Below, piece by piece: positions 1 through 13,576 of a DNA stretch of 48,452 nucleotides. The position numbers were made by a program, and so were the translations under genes. The notes beneath the pieces are model-generated. The model made no database searches. It was not told where the DNA came from and saw only the letters and a program-made list of their open reading frames with translations. Within the stretch, counting starts at the first letter, position 1. Each line of letters opens with the position of its first letter. Source of the stretch: a virus (taxonomy: Duplodnaviria; Heunggongvirae; Uroviricota; Caudoviricetes); the IMG/VR virus record IMGVR_UViG_2718218453_000005. One strand, 5' to 3'.

Positions 1-394
1 CACAACATCCGAGGACAGCATCGTCCGCTGGCCCACAGAAGTCCGGAAAGTCATGGAAGGTCGTTGTTGGGAGGAGGTACAAATTCTCTCATGCAAAAAA
101 TACGTAAAATCGATAATAGCTGGAAATAATTCAATACATGCACTCTCGAAAGTGCATCAGCCAACCGCAGAACGTTATTGCATACAACGTTTCTGCGGCA
201 TAATCCCAATGATTACTCCCTGACAGGGTTCGTAGGCCACTCAATATCAGGTGCAGTTGATGTATCAACACGGTTCAGCAACACCCGATACTTTTCCAGA
301 CTTCCAGCAACGAAGTTTCTTCCTCCGTTGCGATTTCCAGCTCAACAACAGTCTGAACGTACCAGGAACAGCCTCCTTCAGGGCTTGAAGGATA

Positions 395-3300
395 TCAATG
401 TTCGCTTCCTGTTAACTGCCCGACAAGTGCAACCAGTTCGCTTACCTGATTTTCCAGAGTGCTGATCCGGGTGCCTGCTGTTGCCAGATTTTCACGTAAC
501 GTTGTATTTTCCTCTTCCAGCGCGGTAACGCGATCATCTGTTTCACGGGCGACCTGAACAAGTAAGCCAGTCACGGCGGCGTAGTCAACATTCAGATAGC
601 GAGTTTCTTCGCGTAGCTCGTTGCCGTCAACGGTCGGACCTTGCAACTCTTCACCATAATGAGTAAACGATCCCACAGCTTCAGGTATCGCCTCCATTAC
701 TTCCTGTGCAATAACGCCAGCATAAGGCATTCCGTTTTCCTTGAGCGTGTAGGTGTATCCGTGCATTTTACGGATTGCTTTCGTCGCGTCGCTGATAACG
801 AGAATATCGTCTTTAAGGTCGCGGTCTGATGACTGATTCAGCGTTGTGCAATTAATAGCGCCATTTACATCAAACAACTGGCCTGCTGACGTTTTTTGCG
901 CATAAAACAGATACGCAGCAGACGTTCCAACCTCAAAAACGTTTTGTCGATCACTTGATCCCCATACTTTTGCGGCAAATGATAGTTCTGTATTACCTAA
1001 GTTCTGTAAAACAAAACGATTTCCAGTCCCTGTTTGTTTTGTAAGAGTTAAATCAACAGTTGAGTTAACCTCATTCTTGTTGATAGTGAGCGCCTGCGCT
1101 GTAGCTCCGTTAACAGCACCTGTTTTGAGTTGAACTGCTCCATCACTGCCATTAAGTAGAATCTCTGCATTACTATGGTAGTTCTTAAGTGACACCATTT
1201 TGCTTTCGCCTGAGTGCATACCTAACACCCACGCAGCGGAACTACCTGTACTGTTAAGGCCGAGAACATAGCATGACATTGCAGAAAAATCTGCAACGCT
1301 ACCAAGTATCTCTACCCTACCTCCACCGGATTTAACTGGTGATGATGTTGTTACTGACTTAACAGAAAGATCGGTTGCTGAATTGAGATCGTCAGCCGTA
1401 AGTAGTTTTTTCCATTCCTGAACCGTTCTGTTTTCAACTGTTCTTCCCCAAAAACCGGAATTGCGGCCTCCGAACTGCACAGCATAATTTTTACTAAATT
1501 GAACATGAATGCCGCCAAGAACCATAGAGCCTGCCGGGCCGTTTGTACTACCTGCGATTGGTCTAAATTTGTCGACGTTATCAGTATGCTGAGCGTTCCA
1601 GTCATGACCTGTTAATGTTGCGATTCCTGAGTTAGCTGTAATTAACCCAGACGCTTTAAGATTTTGCACATCAATTCTGTCGTTTGCGAAATTATATGCA
1701 ATTGCGTTACTAACGCTTCCGGCATCATCATAATCGCGTTTCTGAATAAACCAGTCGCCAGCATTAGCAATGAGAGTATAAGTAGGCGTGTTAGCCGGGC
1801 GATCTGTTTCATTAAATCTTATTGCTGGGTTAGCGCTCCTTATTTGTAAAGGTTTTTCAACCGTGGATTTCAGTATCGCACTATCTACAATTAAATTACC
1901 TTCTGAGGTAAAGTCTAGATATTTTGTAGCACCAGTTGAACCACCGTATGTAAATCTTATTGTTAATCGACCCTGCTCATTTGGAAAAGTCTGAACATAC
2001 ATATCAGCGGCAAGGCGCACAGTGTTGTCATTTGCTAACAGCCTCGTATGGAGCATTCCGCCAGTAGTGTATGCGCCAGTAGAATCACTATATCTATCAA
2101 GAAATAGACTGTTAAGTTGAGGGCTATTATCCCTGCCTAATCCAAGATGCGTTCTGGCACCATCAATAGTTGCCGCGCCAGTGCCACCATGAGAAACATC
2201 AAGCGGTATCCATTCTTTTTGTGTATCGCTGTAACAACCCCATGTTGATCCGGTTAAACCCAGGCGCATGGATTTATCATGGTTATATAACCATGTTTCG
2301 CTATTCCATTGGTCAAGACGGTCCACTTCATTTTTGCGAGCGTGGCGTGTCCATTGCGGGCCTGTTGTCGGACTCCAGCGATAGGTATAAAGCGAGCGAG
2401 TAGTCCATCCCTGAAATACACCTGTATACGCTGGTGTTCCATCTACCTGACTAATAAAACCAGTAAGATTACCTTCGCCTGATGCAATAGACGGAAAACC
2501 TGTTGCGGAAGCAAAAATGCGCATAAAGCCAATATAACCGGATGGATCACCGGAAATATCAGGACAATTGCGCGGTGATGATCCCAAACCGATGTTAGCA
2601 CCAACAATACCCTGAGCATGGTTGCGATAATTAAGTGCGTCCGCCGCAGATTTCGCCGCGTTTGTTTCACTGGATTTAGCATTAGTTTCGCTGGCTTTAG
2701 CGTTGGTTTCGCTGCTCTTTGCTGCTGCCTCGCTATTTTTCGCGTTGGTTTCTGATTTTTTGGCTGCTGTCGCGGAGTTTGCCGATGCAGTTTGTGAGTC
2801 TGCTGCCGCCTGTGCGCTGTTATCCGCATTCGTCTCAGACGTTTTTGCGGCCTTCGCGGAATTTCCTGCCGCCGTTGCCGAGGAAGCTGCACTACTGGCA
2901 CTTGATGATGCGTTCGTTTCTGATGATTTCGCTGCCTCTTTTGAGGCCGCCGCATCCCGGGCTGAGGTGGCAGCTTCTGACGCTTTCGTGGTCGCGGTGG
3001 ATGCAGAAGTGGCTGCAGATTTTTGTGACGCTGCAGCATTCGTTTCTGACGTTTTCGCCGCACCGGCACTGGTAGCCGCCGCGCTTTTTGAGGACTCTGC
3101 AGCGGCAGCACTTTTTTCCGCTTCAGTGGCCTTTGTTGATGCCGTTCCTGCGCTGGAAGACGCCTCCTGAGCCGACGACGCGGCCTGTCCGGCTGACGTG
3201 CTGGCTGCGCGTGCTGAGCCTGCAGCATCAGTCGCATGGGTTGCCGCCTCACGGGCAGATGTGCCGGCATCGCCGGCTGACTTCTTCGCGGCTGCCGTGT

Positions 3301-3667
3301 TCTGTGCCACCGCGGACGCGTTACGCGCCACCTCTTCCACCATCAGTTCAAAACGGCGCAGAGCCTCCGGACGGGCATCATCCTCCGTCATGGCACCGAG
3401 AAAATCATTCAGCGTACCCGGTTGTGAGTCTTCATACACGGTGATGGTCCCGGCATGCGATGGCGGGAAGCCTTCCACCAACAGAATAACGCTGTACTGA
3501 CCGTACTCAACGTCCATGCTGTAACGCCCGGCTTCATCCGGATTTTCTGAGGCCACCGTGTTCGCCACCACCGTGGTGCTGTTACGTTTTGCTTTCAGCT
3601 GGATTGTACAGTTCTGTACCGGTTTACCTGCACCGTCTTTCAGTACACCTGAAATCTTTACTGCCAT
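395..3667 (-). CDS. stf: side tail fibre protein (Stf-like) with C-terminal S74-type intramolecular chaperone domain
   Basis: ORF 395..3673 trimmed to first ATG (MAVKISGVLKDG...) preceded by GGGGTG; N-terminus matches lambda Stf as recalled; central Ala/Ser/Thr-rich SETNA-type repeats; C-terminal ~130 aa has SDRDLK-type start typical of peptidase S74 chaperone domains. Confidence 0.85.
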   Translation of the reverse strand: MAVKISGVLKDGAGKPVQNCTIQLKAKRNSTTVVANTVASENPDEAGRYSMDVEYGQYSVILLVEGFPPSHAGTITVYEDSQPGTLNDFLGAMTEDDARPEALRRFELMVEEVARNASAVAQNTAAAKKSAGDAGTSAREAATHATDAAGSARAASTSAGQAASSAQEASSSAGTASTKATEAEKSAAAAESSKSAAATSAGAAKTSETNAAASQKSAATSASTATTKASEAATSARDAAASKEAAKSSETNASSSASSAASSATAAGNSAKAAKTSETNADNSAQAAADSQTASANSATAAKKSETNAKNSEAAAKSSETNAKASETNAKSSETNAAKSAADALNYRNHAQGIVGANIGLGSSPRNCPDISGDPSGYIGFMRIFASATGFPSIASGEGNLTGFISQVDGTPAYTGVFQGWTTRSLYTYRWSPTTGPQWTRHARKNEVDRLDQWNSETWLYNHDKSMRLGLTGSTWGCYSDTQKEWIPLDVSHGGTGAATIDGARTHLGLGRDNSPQLNSLFLDRYSDSTGAYTTGGMLHTRLLANDNTVRLAADMYVQTFPNEQGRLTIRFTYGGSTGATKYLDFTSEGNLIVDSAILKSTVEKPLQIRSANPAIRFNETDRPANTPTYTLIANAGDWFIQKRDYDDAGSVSNAIAYNFANDRIDVQNLKASGLITANSGIATLTGHDWNAQHTDNVDKFRPIAGSTNGPAGSMVLGGIHVQFSKNYAVQFGGRNSGFWGRTVENRTVQEWKKLLTADDLNSATDLSVKSVTTSSPVKSGGGRVEILGSVADFSAMSCYVLGLNSTGSSAAWVLGMHSGESKMVSLKNYHSNAEILLNGSDGAVQLKTGAVNGATAQALTINKNEVNSTVDLTLTKQTGTGNRFVLQNLGNTELSFAAKVWGSSDRQNVFEVGTSAAYLFYAQKTSAGQLFDVNGAINCTTLNQSSDRDLKDDILVISDATKAIRKMHGYTYTLKENGMPYAGVIAQEVMEAIPEAVGSFTHYGEELQGPTVDGNELREETRYLNVDYAAVTGLLVQVARETDDRVTALEEENTTLRENLATAGTRISTLENQVSELVALVGQLTGSEH

Positions 3668-3675
3668 ATTCACCC

Positions 3676-3705
3676 CACAAAAAAGCCCGCCTGAACCGGC
3701 GGGCT
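3676..3705 (-). terminator. rho-independent terminator downstream of lom
   Basis: hairpin AGCCCGCC/GGCGGGCT with 6-nt loop followed on minus strand by a T6 run; lies between lom stop and stf start. Confidence 0.6.
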
Positions 3706-3731
3706 GTCATAACACTGTGTTACCTGGCTAA

Positions 3732-4331
3732 TCAGAACTTATAACCAACACCCACGATGAAACCGTCAGTGCGCCAGTCGCCACTGCCGGAGCCTTCATA
3801 AGCAATATCAATGGCCACGGATTCGGTCGGGTTAAACTGCACGCCAGCCCCCCACGCCAGAGACGTGTTGCTGTGGCGACCGTCATCACTTCCGGTCAGC
3901 ACGTCGTGCGTTTTCCCCTTGTTGTCAGTTACGCGGAGATAATCCCCGGAGAAAGTCGACACACGGCTGTAAGCCACACCCGCCATCGCATACGCGCTGA
4001 ACCATTCATTCACGCGCACAGACGGCCCCGCCATCACGCTGAACCAGCGGTTACGAACGGAATCTTCATGCCAGCGGGTATCGCTGTAACGGGTCAGCTG
4101 GCGATTCTTGTCTCCTGCATAGCTGAATGAGGTCACCATCCCCAGTGTGTCCGTAAACTCATAACGGTATTTCACGTTAATCCCGTTCAGATCATCGCTG
4201 CCGGGAACGTTCGTCCGGGCATGAAGATACCCCGCGCTCAGCGTGGACTGATGTTCAGACGCCCATGCAGGCGCACCGGATACGGCCAGACAGATGGCTG
4301 CGGACAAAATGGCTGCACAAACTTTACGCAT
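3732..4331 (-). CDS. lom: outer membrane protein Lom (Ail/Lom family)
   Basis: 199 aa, signal peptide, beta-barrel-like alternating pattern, C-terminal F; position between J and stf as in lambda; SD GAGAGG. Confidence 0.85.
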   Translation of the reverse strand: MRKVCAAILSAAICLAVSGAPAWASEHQSTLSAGYLHARTNVPGSDDLNGINVKYRYEFTDTLGMVTSFSYAGDKNRQLTRYSDTRWHEDSVRNRWFSVMAGPSVRVNEWFSAYAMAGVAYSRVSTFSGDYLRVTDNKGKTHDVLTGSDDGRHSNTSLAWGAGVQFNPTESVAIDIAYEGSGSGDWRTDGFIVGVGYKF

Positions 4332-4397
4332 AATTACCTCTCGCTTTTCTGCAATAAAAAAGGCGTCATTTCTGACGCCCGTTCTGGGTTATAAAAT

Positions 4398-7799
<3,402 letters not shown>

Positions 7800-7856
7800 T
7801 CACGCTCCATAAACGACAAAACCGCCCGGAGGCGGTTTCACATAAAACATTTTGCC

Positions 7857-8504
7857 TCAGCGACCAATCACCACAACCTGACCACCGTCCCCTTCGTCTG
7901 CCGTGCTGATCTCCTGAGAAGCCACCCGCGACCCCACGCGCATTTCACCGTACAGAACAGGCAGAACATTGCCCTGGGCAACCATGTTATCCAGTGAGGA
8001 GAAATAGGTGTTCTGCTTACCGTTATCCGTTGTCTGTGTACGGGGAGTTCTGGCTTTCGGTGCCAGCATCTGCGCCACACCGCCAAGGATCATACTGGCC
8101 CCCGCAGCATACATGCCCGATAAAGCCGCAGCTCCCAGCCAGCCTGCAGGGTTCCACCACGCCACTGCAATCAGCGCCGCACCCAGCACCGCCTGAAACA
8201 CACCGCCACTTTTTGCTCCCGCAAGACGCGGAACGATGTGGATCACGGCACCATTTTTCAACGGCTCATTAAGACGGGCTGATAATTCGTTTTCGCCTGC
8301 ATCACGCCCGGCAATGCGCACCTGATACCAGCCCTCATTCAGTTTCTGACGAAACGCCGGGAGCTGTGTGACCAGTGCCCGGATGGCTTCAGCCCCCGTT
8401 TTCACACGAAGGTCGATGCGGCGGCCAAATCGTTGCAAATCCCCGTAAAGGCAGATGCGTGCCATGCCCGGTGACGCCAGAGGGAGTGTGTGCGTCGCTG
8501 CCAT
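7857..8504 (-). CDS. I: tail tip assembly protein I
   Basis: 215 aa; MAATHTLPLASPGMARICLYGDLQRF and C-terminal ...VSQEISTADEGDGGQVVVIGR match lambda I; ATG start; overlaps K by 103 nt as in lambda. Confidence 0.85.
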   Translation of the reverse strand: MAATHTLPLASPGMARICLYGDLQRFGRRIDLRVKTGAEAIRALVTQLPAFRQKLNEGWYQVRIAGRDAGENELSARLNEPLKNGAVIHIVPRLAGAKSGGVFQAVLGAALIAVAWWNPAGWLGAAALSGMYAAGASMILGGVAQMLAPKARTPRTQTTDNGKQNTYFSSLDNMVAQGNVLPVLYGEMRVGSRVASQEISTADEGDGGQVVVIGR

Positions 8505-9145
8505 TTGTCGGTGTACCTCTCTCGTTTACTCAGTTGTTCAGGAATATGGTGCAGCAGCTCGCCGTCGCCACAGTAAATGGCGGCATGATTCGGCACCGAT
8601 GAACCAAAACAGCACAGCAGCACGTCGCCAGGCTGCGCCTCTGTCAGTGGGACACGGTAAAAACCCGTTGCCTCCATATTGTCAAGATAGAGATTCTGGC
8701 CGTGACGCCACCAGTCATCCCCGCGATGAAAATCCGGCATCTCAATTCCTGCCAGATGGTAAGCGTCCCGGAACAGCGTGTAACAGTCCGTCACCCCGTG
8801 CTCAAAGCGCCGCCCGGTGAGATGCGGCACACAGAGGAATTTATGAATCGCCCCCCGGCAGACCAGCCACCACGGCAAATCACTCTGCACCTGCAGCCGC
8901 CGGTCGGCCTCACTCAGCCAGGGCAGACCACCGGGGTGGCTGTGGACCAGCGCCACAATCTCTCCCTGCATTTCTGCACTCAGCCAGTCCTCCGGCGACA
9001 TCCGGAAATACTCCTCCGGCTCACCGGAGATATTCACGCAGGGAAAATATCTTTCTCCCTCCGGCGTTCTCACCACGAAGCCGCACGACTCTGCTGGCGC
9101 ACATCGCCGGGCGTGCGCCAGAATCGCTGATTCTGTCTCTGTCAT
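8402..9145 (-). CDS. K: tail tip assembly protein K (JAB/MPN plus NlpC/P60-like)
   Basis: 247 aa ORF from ATG; HSHPGG...SEAD JAB-type metal site and C-terminal Cys/His region; lambda K-like. Confidence 0.85.
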   Translation of the reverse strand: MTETESAILAHARRCAPAESCGFVVRTPEGERYFPCVNISGEPEEYFRMSPEDWLSAEMQGEIVALVHSHPGGLPWLSEADRRLQVQSDLPWWLVCRGAIHKFLCVPHLTGRRFEHGVTDCYTLFRDAYHLAGIEMPDFHRGDDWWRHGQNLYLDNMEATGFYRVPLTEAQPGDVLLCCFGSSVPNHAAIYCGDGELLHHIPEQLSKRERYTDKWQRRTHSLWRHRAWHASAFTGICNDLAAASTFV

Positions 9146-9150
9146 GGGAT

Positions 9151-9849
9151 TTACTGCGAAAGTTTGTTAATGGAAAGGAAGCCGCCAAAGTTGCCGACGT
9201 TATTGCGAAACTTACAGCCGCTCAGGCATTTGCTGCATTTATCCTTCGTGATATCGGACGTCGGCTGGTCATATTCATCCGCGACAGCCGGACCGTGATA
9301 ACCGCACTCATCACCGCGATAGGTCCAGGTGCAGGTATTAGCCAGCATGATGCGCCCCGGAAAAACGGCACCATCCGTTTCCGTCGGTGTGGAGAGCACA
9401 AAGGAGGCACTGACCGCGCTCAGTTCGCTGCACTGCTCGATGCGCCAGCGGCTGATCACCTCCTGCTCCGGATCGGCGTCACTGTTTCCGTTGACGAAGT
9501 TCACCGCATCCAGAAAACGGGCGTAAACCTTACGCCGGACCACCGTTCCGCCGACCAGACTCTGCAGATCTTCCGCCATCCCGGTGATCATGCCGTGCAG
9601 GTTAGAGACCGTCAGTGTCGGACGGGCAGCACTGCCCTTGCCGTTCATCTCAAATCCACTCCCCTGAATGGGATAGGCCTGATACTGCCGACTCTGCCAG
9701 GTGACAGACTCACCTTTTTCGTTCTGCTCATTACAGAAAAAGTAGCGATCCCCGCCTACCTCGGTCAGGTCGATTTCCCAGAGCACCACGCTGGCCGACT
9801 GCTCCGCACGAATGCATTCATTCAGCGTTTCCTGTTGTATGTCCTGCAT
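9151..9849 (-). CDS. L: minor tail protein L
   Basis: 232 aa, [28 protein letters not shown]... and C-terminal CSKCLSGCKFRNNVGNFGGFLSINKLSQ as lambda L. Confidence 0.9.
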   Translation of the reverse strand: MQDIQQETLNECIRAEQSASVVLWEIDLTEVGGDRYFFCNEQNEKGESVTWQSRQYQAYPIQGSGFEMNGKGSAARPTLTVSNLHGMITGMAEDLQSLVGGTVVRRKVYARFLDAVNFVNGNSDADPEQEVISRWRIEQCSELSAVSASFVLSTPTETDGAVFPGRIMLANTCTWTYRGDECGYHGPAVADEYDQPTSDITKDKCSKCLSGCKFRNNVGNFGGFLSINKLSQ

Positions 9850-10187
9850 CAGATTACCACTTCGTCAAACTGACACGAAAAATCGGTATAGGTGATATGT
9901 TCTGTCGCTGACCACGTTCGACACACCACTCTGATTTTTCTGTTAATACCCGGCGGGCGCCAAAAAAAAGATTTATAGCCTTCATGCCGGGCTAAAAATT
10001 TTTCAAATGAATCACGTTCATTCGCCTCAACTTTGAAATCACAGGTGAAAACGCGCAGAGAATGATTAAGTCCATTTGGACTTCGTTGCTCATAACCATC
10101 GCCAAATCTTACAGTTTTTATCGATGGTTTATTTTCTGTTTTCATTCCATCCTCTGGTAACCAGTGAAATTCTTCCGTATTAGCCAC
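9849..10187 (-). CDS. M: minor tail protein M
   Basis: 112 aa; [12 protein letters not shown]... and C-terminal FDEVV resemble lambda M; position between tape measure and L. Confidence 0.8.
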   Translation of the reverse strand: MANTEEFHWLPEDGMKTENKPSIKTVRFGDGYEQRSPNGLNHSLRVFTCDFKVEANERDSFEKFLARHEGYKSFFWRPPGINRKIRVVCRTWSATEHITYTDFSCQFDEVVI

Positions 10188-13100
10188 TTAACATTCCCCC
10201 ATCACGTCGCATATTTAACAGATTGCCCTGCACCCGCTGATCAACCATCCCCATAAGTGCTTTTATTGCCTGAGGGCCAATCTCTCCATTCTGGCCGTCA
10301 TTTTGAATAGTGATTTGGTATACAGGGGCATAGGTAATATCTCCGCCTCCATTACCACTTTTACTATTAATAGCTCTGACACCAAGAGAACCATCGGAAG
10401 TTCGTGTTAATGGCATAATGGCTTCCGGACCAGCCTCACCAAAAACACCAGCCCCTCTTGCAAAAGCAAAAAATTGCGGGGAATCATAAATACCGTTCGA
10501 ATACGTGTTCAATGACGGAGACTCATAAACACCGCCCTTTGCATTCGGAATAAATTTACTAATAGCACTCCCGATAGTTCCTAAAATCCCCCCAGAAGAA
10601 CTGTTACTAATGCTGTCGAAAATCCCAGTAATTGAAGCCTTTAATGCTATTCGACTAAGATCCGAAATCACGGAAGTAGCGAAAGAACGAAAATTTGCCT
10701 TGCCTGTCGTGACAAAATCACCCAGCGCATCGGTCATTCCATCAAACATCTGAGTCGTGGTTGATTTTATCTGCTCACTGATATCCTTAGTGTCATCCAG
10801 CCAGTTATTGAATCCCTGGGAGGCACCACTAACCCAGTCTCCTGCCTGAATATCGAGCTGCTCGTTTTTCTGTCTGACAATTTCTTTTTCTCGTTCCAGA
10901 GCATCATTCAGAGCCTGCATTTTCTCCTGAAAAACATGATTTGACATCCCACGGGATTTATCTGCATAGTCACGTTCAAGTTGCAGACGCTGATTGTTAT
11001 ATTCACGTTCAATCCGCAGTAATTCCTGCTGGCGTTGCTGATTTTTATCGCCAACCCCATAACCAGCAATCTGAATATCATACCCCTGTTGACGATTATC
11101 AATCGAAGCCTGCAATGAATCACGCCATGCAGCTATTTCGGCGGATTCCTTGATTAGCCTGTTATTTTTTTCAATCGCAACATTTTTCTCCATCAACGCG
11201 GTTATTTCTTCCCGGTGTAAGAGAAGCGATTTCTGATCCTGGGTTAATTTCGATGACGGTCGTGACTCCAGGTCGGCAATCTGCTGACGCCACTTAACCA
11301 GTTCCTGTTCAGAGGAACTTAATTTAACGGTTAATTCAGTTTGTGAACTTAGTAACGCATTCTGTTGATTCAGATGATCAATCATTCGTTGGGCAGCATC
11401 ATCCGAATAACCTTTCGCCTTTGGTTGCTTTGGATCTTTATAACGTTCATTTATTTGAGCGATAAAATTATTATATTCTTCCTTTGAATACTGACTCTTT
11501 AGCTTTTCCAGTTTTGCAAGTTCACTAGCTCTCTGCTGCTCCCGGGTCTGATATTGTTTTGAAAAGGCATCTGCTCTCTGTCTGAGTTCAATTCCTTCCT
11601 GTTGTCGCTTGTTGTAATCGTTTATTGATGAATTTAGGACGTCCTGAGCAATTTTTTCTGCTTGAAGTACGCCCAATTGCTGCTTTAATCGTGCCAGCCT
11701 TTTATTTTGAGCTCCGCCATCTCCAATGCCACCTAACCCGAAAACTCCGGGTCGGGTATTTTTTTCTATTTCATCAATTTGACGGAGAACATCTGAGATT
11801 TTTTGATCAAGGGAGGCCTCACGGCCAATATCCAGCATGGAATCCCATGCCCATTTTGCGGAGTCTGCGACAGCTTTCCATGCAGTCTCAAGATAACCAA
11901 GATTTTCTTTAATCTGGTTGGTGCGCTGGATCATTGAGGATGAGTATGCTTCTGTCGCAATGCGGGCGGCCTCCTGCTGGTTCCCTTCATCCTGTAGCGC
12001 CTTAATCTGGTTATAAGTCGCAATTGTCAGAAAATGGTACTGATCATTAAGTTTTGATATGGCACTGACAGGATCCTTTGCAATTTCATTGAAGTCATTA
12101 ACCAGTTGTTCGGTTGATATTCCTGTTACTTCGCTCGTTTTTACTATCGCTGTCGTCACTTGCTCCAGCGAACTGCTCGCTACCTTTCCCGAACGCACAA
12201 GCTGGTTTAATACTGCCGCCGCAGCGCCAGTTGTCGAATCAGCCGCATTCCCGGCACGTTGAGCTATATCGGCCAATTGCCCGCTGGTTGTCCCCAACTG
12301 ATTTCCGGTAAGAATAAGAGATTTATTAAATTCGTCCTGCTCCTGAGAGCCTTTATAGTAAGCCAGCCCTAAGACGCCAACGGCTGCTGCGGCCAGGGTA
12401 AAAGGATTAATTAATCCCAGCACATAAGAACCAACACCTTTGATCGCCGGGCCAATCCCACCGAACATATCTTTTAGCTGGCCGCCCTGCTGCATTAACA
12501 CCATAAAAGGCGACTGACCAGTGGACAACCCAACAACAATATCCGTCATTTGTGCAGGCAACATGCGCATAGCAAAAGCCGTTTGTTTTGCCGACATTCC
12601 GGTTTTGCTTAATTGAGATTGAGTAACCTCAAGCTCACTCCGCATAGCACGAAGTTTTCCAGAAAGTTCCTCATACATTTCAGGAGAGAGCATCCCCTTA
12701 GCTTTTGCTTCATTGAGCTGTTTCTGTTGTTCTACCAGACGATTAAAAGCAGTTCCGACAGGGTCAAGTTGAGCAATCAGACGTTGCAAAGCAGCAACCT
12801 GTTCATCATGCGCTTTTGCTGCTTCTCGCTCTGCCTGAGCCTCTCCGGTAAGCTCTCGCCGTGTTTCCTGTATTTTTCGGCTATAATTCTCAAACTGAGA
12901 ACCATTTATTTTCCCGGATGCAAACGCAGCATTAAGTTCATCCTGCTGTTGTTCAAGATTTCTTAGCGCCGCAGCCAGAGGGTCGATCTTGTCCAGCATT
13001 CTTTGAAAGGCCTGAGCCTGCGCTTCCTGCTGGGCGGCAGCAAGTTTTCCGGCCTTCTCGGCTTCTCTCTGCGCTTGCGCAACCCCGCTCAATTCCTCTG

Positions 13101-13413
13101 TGGTTTCATTAAGTTTACGGACAAGAAATTCATATTCTTCTTTATCAATAAGCCCTTTATCGAAAAATTTCTTTAATTCAGAATAGCGTCGACCGACAGT
13201 ATCAATTGCGGCACCAACTGGATCAATAGCTGCTTTTAATTTTGCGAGCGCGTTCTTCTCATCTTCTGTTGCCTTGGTCACTTTCCCTGCGCTATTTGCA
13301 GCAGTTTCCCCGGCCTGCGTCATTTTGACTAATGAGGAGGTCAGATTGTCAGCATTATTTTTTGCTCCAGTGCTATCAATAATTATTGCGAGACGCGAGG
13401 TTTGCTCTGCCAT
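10180..13413 (-). CDS. tail tape measure protein
   Basis: 1077 aa, highly alpha-helical/coiled-coil, Gly-rich hydrophobic segment, located between GT chaperone and M; SD GGAG before ATG. Confidence 0.85.
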   Translation of the reverse strand: MAEQTSRLAIIIDSTGAKNNADNLTSSLVKMTQAGETAANSAGKVTKATEDEKNALAKLKAAIDPVGAAIDTVGRRYSELKKFFDKGLIDKEEYEFLVRKLNETTEELSGVAQAQREAEKAGKLAAAQQEAQAQAFQRMLDKIDPLAAALRNLEQQQDELNAAFASGKINGSQFENYSRKIQETRRELTGEAQAEREAAKAHDEQVAALQRLIAQLDPVGTAFNRLVEQQKQLNEAKAKGMLSPEMYEELSGKLRAMRSELEVTQSQLSKTGMSAKQTAFAMRMLPAQMTDIVVGLSTGQSPFMVLMQQGGQLKDMFGGIGPAIKGVGSYVLGLINPFTLAAAAVGVLGLAYYKGSQEQDEFNKSLILTGNQLGTTSGQLADIAQRAGNAADSTTGAAAAVLNQLVRSGKVASSSLEQVTTAIVKTSEVTGISTEQLVNDFNEIAKDPVSAISKLNDQYHFLTIATYNQIKALQDEGNQQEAARIATEAYSSSMIQRTNQIKENLGYLETAWKAVADSAKWAWDSMLDIGREASLDQKISDVLRQIDEIEKNTRPGVFGLGGIGDGGAQNKRLARLKQQLGVLQAEKIAQDVLNSSINDYNKRQQEGIELRQRADAFSKQYQTREQQRASELAKLEKLKSQYSKEEYNNFIAQINERYKDPKQPKAKGYSDDAAQRMIDHLNQQNALLSSQTELTVKLSSSEQELVKWRQQIADLESRPSSKLTQDQKSLLLHREEITALMEKNVAIEKNNRLIKESAEIAAWRDSLQASIDNRQQGYDIQIAGYGVGDKNQQRQQELLRIEREYNNQRLQLERDYADKSRGMSNHVFQEKMQALNDALEREKEIVRQKNEQLDIQAGDWVSGASQGFNNWLDDTKDISEQIKSTTTQMFDGMTDALGDFVTTGKANFRSFATSVISDLSRIALKASITGIFDSISNSSSGGILGTIGSAISKFIPNAKGGVYESPSLNTYSNGIYDSPQFFAFARGAGVFGEAGPEAIMPLTRTSDGSLGVRAINSKSGNGGGDITYAPVYQITIQNDGQNGEIGPQAIKALMGMVDQRVQGNLLNMRRDGGMLSG

Positions 13414-13425
13414 TTATTAAAACTC

Positions 13426-13452
13426 CAGACAACAAAAAGCCCACCGAAGTGG
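13426..13452 (-). terminator. terminator-like hairpin upstream of tape measure gene
   Basis: minus strand reads CCCAC-TTCG-GTGGG followed by CTTTTTGTT in the 164-nt gap between GT stop and tape-measure start. Confidence 0.35.
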
Positions 13453-13576
13453 GTTTCAGGCGACATAATAGTAGATATAGCGATTACGAGGCCACGCAAT
13501 GCTTTTCTCCAGGAGCATCATCGATTTAATTAAAGACACCATCACATCTCTGTAACAGAGTGTACGTAATTAACAA

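Noticed and set aside
178-465. 95-aa plus-strand ORF at the window start
   Set aside because: Overlaps the 3' end of stf on the opposite strand; no SD; no recognisable sequence features.
2443-3270. 275-aa minus-strand and 155-aa plus-strand (2703..3170) ORFs in the stf repeat region
   Set aside because: Alternative frames of the Ala/Ser/Thr repeat array; extreme Arg/Pro/Gln or Ala bias; the stf frame has the recognisable homology.
9222-9873. Plus-strand ORFs (192 aa, 65 aa) and a 62-aa minus-strand alternative frame
   Set aside because: Inside gene L, which is clearly lambda L-like.
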